A stretch of DNA of 64,000 nt from Eledone cirrhosa. Taxonomy: Eukaryota. The number at the start of each line of letters is the position of its first letter. Within the stretch, counting starts at the first letter, position 1. This document shows, piece by piece, positions 55,510 through 64,000 of this stretch. Where the stretch lies: contig OZ024763.1 in the NCBI GenBank assembly GCA_964016885.1, forward strand, positions 2,108,001 through 2,172,000. The letters are read 5' to 3'. The notes under the pieces were generated by a model that searched no databases, had not been told where the DNA came from, and saw only the letters and a program-made list of their open reading frames with translations. The translations under genes were made by a program, and so were the position numbers.

Positions 55510-57950
55510 AGAACAACAACATTGACAACAACAACAACTCAAGCACAACACCACCGACAACAACAACTCAAGCACAACACCACCACCAAAAACTACATCA
55601 GCACAACAAACACCACCACCACCAACATCCCCACCATCAACACCACATCCCCACCACCACCATCAACACCACCATCAACACCACCACCAACATCCCCACC
55701 ATCAACACCACATCCCCACCACCACCATCAACACCACCATCAACACCACCACCAACATCCCCACCATCAACACCACACCCCCACCACCATCATCACCACC
55801 ACCACCATCAACACACCACCACCAACATCCCCACCATCAACACCCCCACCCCCACCACCATCAACACCACCACCAACATCCCCACCATCAACACCACACC
55901 CCCACCACCATCACCACCACCACCATCAACACCACCACCAACATCCCCACCATCAACACCCCACCACCACCATCACCACCACCACCAACATCCCCACCAT
56001 CAACACCACACCCCCACCACCATCACCACCACCACCATCAACACCACCACCAACATCCCCACCATCAACACCCCACCACCACCATCACCACCACCACCAC
56101 CATCAACACCACACCCCCACCACCATCAACACCACCACCAACATCCCCACCACCATCAACACCACACACCCCACCACCATCCCCACCACCAAAAGCAACA
56201 CCACCACCAAAAACTACATCAGCACAACAAACAACACCCCCACCACCATCCCCACCACCACCACCATCAACACCATCACCAACCCCACCCCCACCAACTC
56301 TAACATTGATACAAACACATTTTCTATACGAATAAATAAAAAAAAAACTATTGGTTATTATCGCAGAAAATAGTGTGAAATAAAGCAGTTATTTTCTAAA
56401 AAAGTATTTCATTGGCATGGTGTGGAGGGTGGGGGCTGGGGTGGTGGGGGTGGAGGAGAGAAATGTATCTTCTTTCTTTCTTTTCTTTTTTTCCGAAGGA
56501 ATGGTTTGGTTTGATTCCATTATTATTATTTTTTTTTTTTTCACTTTTCAATTTTTTGGTCTTTAGGTTTTCCCATGGTGGAATAATGGAAAAAAAAAAC
56601 AAACTATTATTATTATTGATATTATTATGGCATACATTAACTCTTTTAATGTCTGTTAATTTCCAAGGTTGTGTCATAGTTAAAAACTATTCAACGACAG
56701 TTTTTTTATAGTTCTCTACACTTCAACACCATTCACTACACTTCACAGCAGTTTTTTTACAGTTCTCTTCATTTCACTTCATTTCACTACAGTTCTCTAC
56801 ATTTCACTACATTTTTCTACACTTCATTACATTTCTCTACACTTCTCCACAGATCACTACTGTTCAATACACTTCACTACATCTCACTACAGTTCTCTAC
56901 ACTTCACTACATTTCTCTACACTTCTCTACTGTTCAATACATTTCACTACATCTCACTACAGTTCTCTACATTTCACTACACTTTTCTACACTTCACTAC
57001 ATTTCTCTACACTTCTCTACAGATCACTACTGTTCAATACACTTCATTACATCTCACTACAGATCACTACTGTTCAATACACTTCACTACATCTTACTAC
57101 ACTTCTCTACAGATCACTACTGTTCAATGCACTTCACTACATCTCACTACCGTTCTCTACACTTCACTACAGTTCACCACAGTCCTCTGCAGTTCACTAC
57201 ACTTCACTACTGTTCTATATAACTCGATACAATCCTCTACCACATTCTACTGTTCTCTACACTTCATTACAGTTCTCTACCGTTCTCTACTGTTCTCTAT
57301 CGTTATCTACATTTCATTACAGCTCTCTAGCGTTCTCTACACTTCACTACGGTTCTCTACAGCTCTCTACACTTCATACAGCTCTCTACCCTTTATACAG
57401 TTCTCTACCGCTCTCTACAGTTGCCTGGTGTCGTCTACTGTTCTCTACACTTCACTACTGTTCCTTACCGTTTTCTACATCTCTCTACAGGTCTCTACAG
57501 TTGCGTGTTGTCTTCTATCGTTCTCTACACTTCACTACACGTCATTACAGTTCTCTACACTTCACTACACTTCACTACACTTCTCTACAGTTCTCTACAC
57601 TTCTCTATTGATGCCTGTTGTCTTCTAATGTCCCTCTGTGTTCTTGTTGTTCTTCTCACAAGCATCCATTTGCTCTCTTCTCTTTTCTTTCATGTTTCTC
57701 ACCATTTTGTCCCAGTGCTGCTGTTCCTGTTGTGGTTGTCGTTGCTGCTGTTGTTGATGTTGCTGTTGTTACTGTTGTTGTTGTTATTACTGTTGTTATT
57801 GCAGTTGTTATTACTGTGGTTGTTGTTGTTGTTATTACTGTTGTTGTTATTACTGTTGTTGTTATTACTGTTGTTGTTATTACTGTTGTTGTTGTTACTG
57901 TTGTTGTTATTGTTGTTATTACTGTTGTTATTGCTGTTATAGTATCTTTA
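55510..57950. repeat. C/A-rich array, degenerate (ttc[a/t]ctaca)n array (56710-57610) and (GTT)n array
   Basis: Periodicity is directly visible. Confidence 0.85.
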
Positions 57951-58796
57951 GTTGTCTTTGAAGCTGTTATTACTGACAATGGTACCATTTCTTTGTGGAA
58001 TTTTTAACTCTCAGTTATGTCATTTTAACATTTCATGGCTTTTATTTAGTTTTTTTCTGTGTCTTTTGGGCTTTCTTTGTCAATTTCTATTCACATTTAC
58101 ATCGCCTTTCTTTAATATAAAATTTATTCACACACACAACCACACACAACCACACACAACCACGCACACACACACACACAACCACACACACACAACCACA
58201 CACAGACATATATACAAAGACACACACAACTACAAAGACACACACAACCACACATACAATTGCACTTACAACCAGATACACAAAGACACTCACATATATT
58301 GAGATTCAAAAATATGCATAGACATTCATCAGAGCGCGCGCACACACACACACACACACACAGACACAACCCCACACAGATGCAACCACATACAGATGCA
58401 ACCTCACACACACACACAAAACTGCACACACTGACACAAACCCACACAGACACGCACACATTGAGATTTTAAAATATGCATAGACATTCATCTGAACACA
58501 GACACACACACACATGTACACATACACACACATGTACACACACTCACACACACACACACACATGTACACACACTCACACACACACACATGTACACACACA
58601 TACGTTGCTCTTTTTGTCATGACACCAACGCAACCACTTTACAAGTGTGTACTGGGTGTTTTTTGTCATGACTAATATAATTCCATTCATATCTAGGAAT
58701 TTGTTATAAAGGTTGTAAATTAACCCCAGCATATGACTGGTACTATATCTTAACAAACCCAGAATAATGAAGGTGTCTTTTCTTTCTATTTTCCAG

Positions 58797-58829
58797 CTGT
58801 GATGCTCCTCTCACTCTTAGAAGTTACAG
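58797..58829 (+). other. Candidate 33-nt micro-exon of an unidentified host gene
   Basis: tcttttctttctattttccAG|CTGTGATGCTCCTCTCACTCTTAGAAGTTACAG|GTACGT; frame-preserving length; open in two frames. Confidence 0.35.
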
Positions 58830-59147
58830 GTACGTGATTGATTTAGGATGACTTATTTATTATTGTATTTCACTTTCTGTGTTGTTGAAGGTTGTCTTAC
58901 CTAGCAGAGGACGATGGTGAGGGGAGGAAAGTACTCCTGGTCTCTTGTTTCAGGGTCTTAGGGTCACCTCTGGAAGTTTCAGAGACATGAAAGGAACAAA
59001 TTATCCTTAGACCCAAAGATATAGCTCAAAGTAATTTCTGCTAAAGGCTACCTACCCGTGTGTTTGTGGGTGGTATGATGGTGTTAAACTGACTGATACT
59101 ATAAATATATATATAGATATATATGGCTCTGTCATTACAACAGCAAG

Positions 59148-59232
59148 GGTCTGAAGAGCTTTTGATTCCAGAGTCAGGCCAAATTGATACAGATCAAACC
59201 TTGAGCTCATGAATAGCGAAACGCGCGTCACC
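59148..59232 (+). ncRNA. Type I hammerhead ribozyme motif, family F; element ~59125-59280
   Basis: ggt CTGAAGA gct...agc GAAAC gcgc GTC acc aaccAATAAA; G-C closing pair of helix II, palindromic ACGCGCGT stem-loop III, GUC site. Confidence 0.85.
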
Positions 59233-59277
59233 AACCAATAAATGTAATGAAGACATAACAAATCTTCCTTGTATTAT

Positions 59278-59362
<85 letters not shown>

Positions 59363-59491
59363 ATGCTTTGGGAGGGTCATGTTGCCAAATAAGAAACACA
59401 CGCACCAGTTGCTTTCACTTCAATTTATTATAAATTAAATTTATAAATTTCCGGTTGGTTGGTTCCACAACCGGACGGTTGTTCATATATT

Positions 59492-59534
59492 GTCAAAGTT
59501 CTTTCGTCACACATTATGTGACCTCTTCAGTGAC
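59492..59534 (-). ncRNA. Minimal type I hammerhead-like motif, family C
   Basis: gtca CTGAAGA g gtcacat aat gtgtgac GAAAG aa CTT tgac; downstream tail 59359-59450 shared with 45903-45990. Confidence 0.6.
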
Positions 59535-60193
59535 GGGATTCTTTTCTTTGTTTTTGTGCCTCTCCTTTGTTCTGTCCTACGCCATCTTCGTTTTGTATAT
59601 AATATATATATATATATATGTAAATATTTATAAGTCGTTTGGAAGCCTCGACAATGCAAATGGGTAAATCTCCGGGTAACAGGGTCCGGTGTAGGAGAGA
59701 GAGAGATATGTAAGTGGGTGTACGTTGAGATACGTGGTGTGTATAAGATGTGTGAGATGTGTAGAATGAAGGGAAGAGTGAAAGGGTAAAAATAATAATA
59801 ACAACACAAGAGAGAGAGAGTTACCTTGGGAGAGATTTAATAGTCCCTATATATTTCAGATTCACATCCATCAACTGGGGGGTTTTTCCGGGGTGGGGGA
59901 AAAGGTTGTCTGTCGGACAATTCGGAACGCGTCTTTCGCTGTTTGTGATTTGAATATCTGAGGTATTCGGTCGGGCGCGCGTGCGCGTAAAATGGGGTCG
60001 GTCGTACAGAAGTCAACGGCCAAATGAGGGAGTGGGATGGCGCTAGCTGTCAGTCCATTCTCTGCCTGCTTGCTAAATGTTACTGTGTGTGTGTGCGTGT
60101 GTTGTTGTCTCGCTTGAGTGTGTGTGTGTGTGCGTGTGTAGTTGTCTTGTTCATCTGTATTGGCAGTGTAGTATGTTCGTATGGTGGAATGCT

Positions 60194-60226
<33 letters not shown>

Positions 60227-61040
60227 TTGTCTCGTTTGCGTGTGTGTGTGTGTGCGTGTGTTGTGTGTTGTTGCATCGCTTGTAAATATTTACTTATTGT
60301 TCCACAATGCTTCAAGCAAACTTCAATACTCTCTTATATATATATATATATATAAACTATAATAAAGTAAGGAGTGAGGGACTGCATCCAGAATATAATT
60401 TTTTATCCCTTTGTAAAATAAGTTGGATTACTTTGAATAAATAATGAATGAATATTACATAATTTATCAACTAAATTTCGTAGCTGTTCATTAAATATAT
60501 TTTATTGTTTATTTAAAGATTCACTTCTTTAAAATTTTCAAATGTCAACACTTCCGGTTAGCAATCGCTTAAATAAACATTCATATATTTCCGTCACTAA
60601 TTTTCTCCTAACGCAGTTTATATATAATATATATTTTTTTAATGTATCATGGATTACATTACTATTACATAAGACAGTGTAACGCAGTCTTCGTTCAATT
60701 TCTATGTATATTGTCAATTGTGATGTTATATTTGATGTATCATATCTACATGTATATATACTTGTGTATAATATCAGTATACACACTATACATGCTAGCA
60801 GAAACCCACCCGACGGGTGGTTTTTCTGCTGGTATATGGAAAGAGTCAGCACCCTGATGGCTGAGCTCCGGCCATTTTGACAGATCCAAACACTAGCTGT
60901 CAAAACACTCCTGAATCTTTTCCAATTACCCACTCTACTACCCCAAGTATAAACACATATAAACACACACACACATATGAACATGTATATATATATACAC
61001 ATATAAACACACACATAAACATGTATATATATATACACAA

Positions 61041-61105
<65 letters not shown>

Positions 61106-61639
61106 TATAAACACACACATATAAACATATATATATACATATAAACACACACATATAAACATATATATACACATATAAACACACACACACATATAAACAT
61201 ATATATACACATATAAACACACACACACATATAAACATATATATACACATATAAACACACACACACATATAAACATATATATAAACACACACACATATAA
61301 ACATATATATATATACATACACGCATATAAACATATATATATATATACATACACACATATAAACATATATATATATATACACACACACACATATAAACAT
61401 ATATATATATATATACACACACACATATAAACATATATATATATACACACACACACACGTGTGTATGTACACAAATAAACATATATATATATATATATAC
61501 ACACACACATATAAACATATATATATATATACACACACACACGTGTGTATGTACACAAATAAACATATATATATATACACACACACATATAAACATATAC
61601 ATATATATACACACACACACGTGTGTATGTACACAAATA

Positions 61640-61701
<62 letters not shown>

Positions 61702-62110
61702 AATATATTTACACAGGCTTACATGTATATAAATACCTGGGTGAACCTCCAGTAACTCCACCTTACACTCCCTGGATATATACACACACATATATAAACA
61801 TATATATAAACATATATATATATATATATGTTTATATATATGTGCGTGTGTATGACAATTTAATTTTTTCCCTGAAATATTTCATGTTTAATCTTTCAAA
61901 AACAGTTGTGAATAATTGTTAAGACATCAAATACTTTGCTTTTATGGGAAGAAAGTGGAAAAAAATACTGCAAATGCTGCAGAGCTCCGAGGAGTTTTTC
62001 TCTCTGTTTCAACAAACTGATTCCTTTGAAACATTTATTATATCTAGTTGTGGTTGTTGTTGTTTGTTACTATAGAAGAAATTTCTGATAATTGAATCTG
62101 GGTGTGTGTA

Positions 62111-62156
<46 letters not shown>

Positions 62157-62357
62157 CCAGTAAGACCCCGACAGCTGAGCTCAAGCCGTTTCGACGGCTA
62201 ATTGGTTTCGACGGCTAATTGGTCCAGAATTAGCCGTCGAAACGGCTTGAGCTCAGCTGTCGGGGTCTTACTGGTTCCTATTACCCACTCTACTACCTCA
62301 AGTATTGAGTACTTTGGTGCGTTATGGTCCACCTGGTTCCTTACCACTTTTCCTTCG

Positions 62358-62402
<45 letters not shown>

Positions 62403-62525
62403 GGAGGTGAGTTTTATTGTAGTACAATAAAGCAATGCAGATATCGGATAAGAAGCACTCTACAGTTTGTAGGACTGGAGTATATATAATATATAAGAAC
62501 AAAAGATAGTTAAAAGAGTTCCATG

Positions 62526-62596
62526 TATTTTATTATGCGCATTTCAAAAACAAATATCATCATGCAATAATATTTGTGTTTTCATCAGATAAAACA
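62526..62596 (-). ncRNA. Type I hammerhead motif, family G (left arm)
   Basis: tgttttat CTGATGA aaacacaaatat...atatttgttttt GAAAT gcgc ATA ataaaata. Confidence 0.8.
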
Positions 62597-62724
62597 GGAA
62601 GACATGATATGAAGGTTAAAAAACACTTGTGGATAGTGCAGTTTTAAATCAATATATCAACATATATGTTGATTTAAAACTGCACTATCCACAAGTGTTT
62701 TTTAACCTTCATATCATGTCTTCC

Positions 62725-62795
62725 TATTTTATCTGATGAAAACACAAATATTATTGCATGATGATATTTGTTTTTGAAATGCGCATAATAAAATA
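62725..62795 (+). ncRNA. Type I hammerhead motif, family G (right arm)
   Basis: tattttat CTGATGA aaacacaaatattattgcatgatgatatttgttttt GAAAT gcgc ATA ataaaata; perfect 8-bp helix I. Confidence 0.85.
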
Positions 62796-62832
62796 CATGG
62801 AACTCTTTTAACCATCTTTTGTTCTTATATAT

Positions 62833-62863
<31 letters not shown>

Positions 62864-63060
62864 ATATATATATTGGAAAAAGTATGACCCCGACGGCAGA
62901 GCTCAAACCGTTGCGACGGCTATTTCTGGAAATAGCCGTCGAAACGGCTTCAGCTCTGCCGTCGGGGTCATACTTTTTTCCTATTTCCCACTCTACTACC
63001 CTAAGTATTGAGTACTCTCATGCGTTATGGTCCATCTGGTTCCTTACCACAATTCCTTTG

Positions 63061-63104
<44 letters not shown>

Positions 63105-63149
63105 TAAAGAAAACGAAAAATCAGTGATGCATCTGGACTTAATTTATTG

Positions 63150-63240
63150 CGTGTTACAATTGTTTCACCGGCAGATAGCTTGAGACATGGTCCCTGTATG
63201 GATCTGGCTGATTCTACTTCTGCGGGTCTTTTCAGACACG
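63150..63240 (-). ncRNA. Hammerhead, family I, core mutated (CTGAAAA)
   Basis: cgtgt CTGAAAA g acccgcaga...tctgccggt GAAAC aatt GTA acacg cAATAAA; G8 appears changed to A. Confidence 0.6.
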
Positions 63241-63331
63241 GGTGTTTCATCTGGAGCAAATTTTATCACTAAATATAGAGTGCTAATTTTGGCATACCGC
63301 CTATGGAAGCACCATAGCTTCCATTATACAC

Positions 63332-63466
<135 letters not shown>

Positions 63467-63607
63467 AATATATGTGTGTGTGTATATATATCTATATATC
63501 TATATGTATATATATATAGATGTGTGTGTATGTGTGTGTCTATATATATATATATAAATATATAAAAATGTGTGTGTATGTAGGAATATAAATGTGTATA
63601 TAAATAG

Positions 63608-63692
<85 letters not shown>

Positions 63693-63846
63693 AATGTATG
63701 TGTGTGTGTATATATATCTATATATCTATATGTATATATATATAGATGTGTGTGTATGTGTGTGTCTATATATATATATCAATATATAAAAATGTGTGTG
63801 TGTATATGTGTGTGTATGTAGGAATATAAATGTGTATATAAATAGA

Positions 63847-63900
<54 letters not shown>

Positions 63901-64000
63901 TATATAAATGTGTGTGTGTGAATATATGTGTGTGTATGAGTGTATGTGGGAATATAAATGTGTATATATATATATATAGATGTGTGTATATATATGTGTG

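Larger units (their letters stand above)
62403..62840. mobile_element. Palindromic pLTR remnant, family G (~176-bp arms 62481-62656 and 62665-62840, tail on the left)
   Basis: Near-perfect inverted repeat within (TA)n. Confidence 0.8.

Noticed and set aside
57600-57990. Q/N/T-rich protein-like reading on the minus strand
   Set aside because: It is driven by a (GTT)n repeat, has in-frame stops upstream of the Q-rich frame, and has no clear splice sites.
59359-60310. Penelope RT or GIY-YIG coding remnant
   Set aside because: Manual translation of the CpG-rich part showed no such motifs, so the Penelope assignment rests on the HHR and pLTR architecture only.

Overview
Eukaryotic, AT-rich, repeat-saturated intronic or intergenic DNA. 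The SINE, LINE and microsatellite repertoire suggests a coleoid cephalopod (Octopus-like) genome; this is inferred. No intact host gene is supportable. Nearly all ORF-track entries are translations of (TA)n, (CA)n, (GGT)n or (CAT)n microsatellites, and the only real protein motifs are decayed LINE fragments (RTE, RTE-X, CR1, L1/Tx1-like). The window also holds tRNA-derived SINEs of two families, a non-autonomous Helitron, several MITEs and many minisatellites grown out of TE ends. The main hidden signal is a dense set of minimal type I hammerhead ribozyme (HHR) motifs: about 18 with a canonical CUGANGA/GAAA/NUH core, 3 with point-mutated cores, and several half-motifs, from roughly 9 sequence families. 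They mostly sit in (TA)n tracts, often as head-to-head palindromes with one ribozyme on each strand. The architecture matches Penelope-like element pseudo-LTRs or retrozyme-like remnants, but no Penelope ORF is present in the window. All motifs were found by eye and none was folded or searched computationally.
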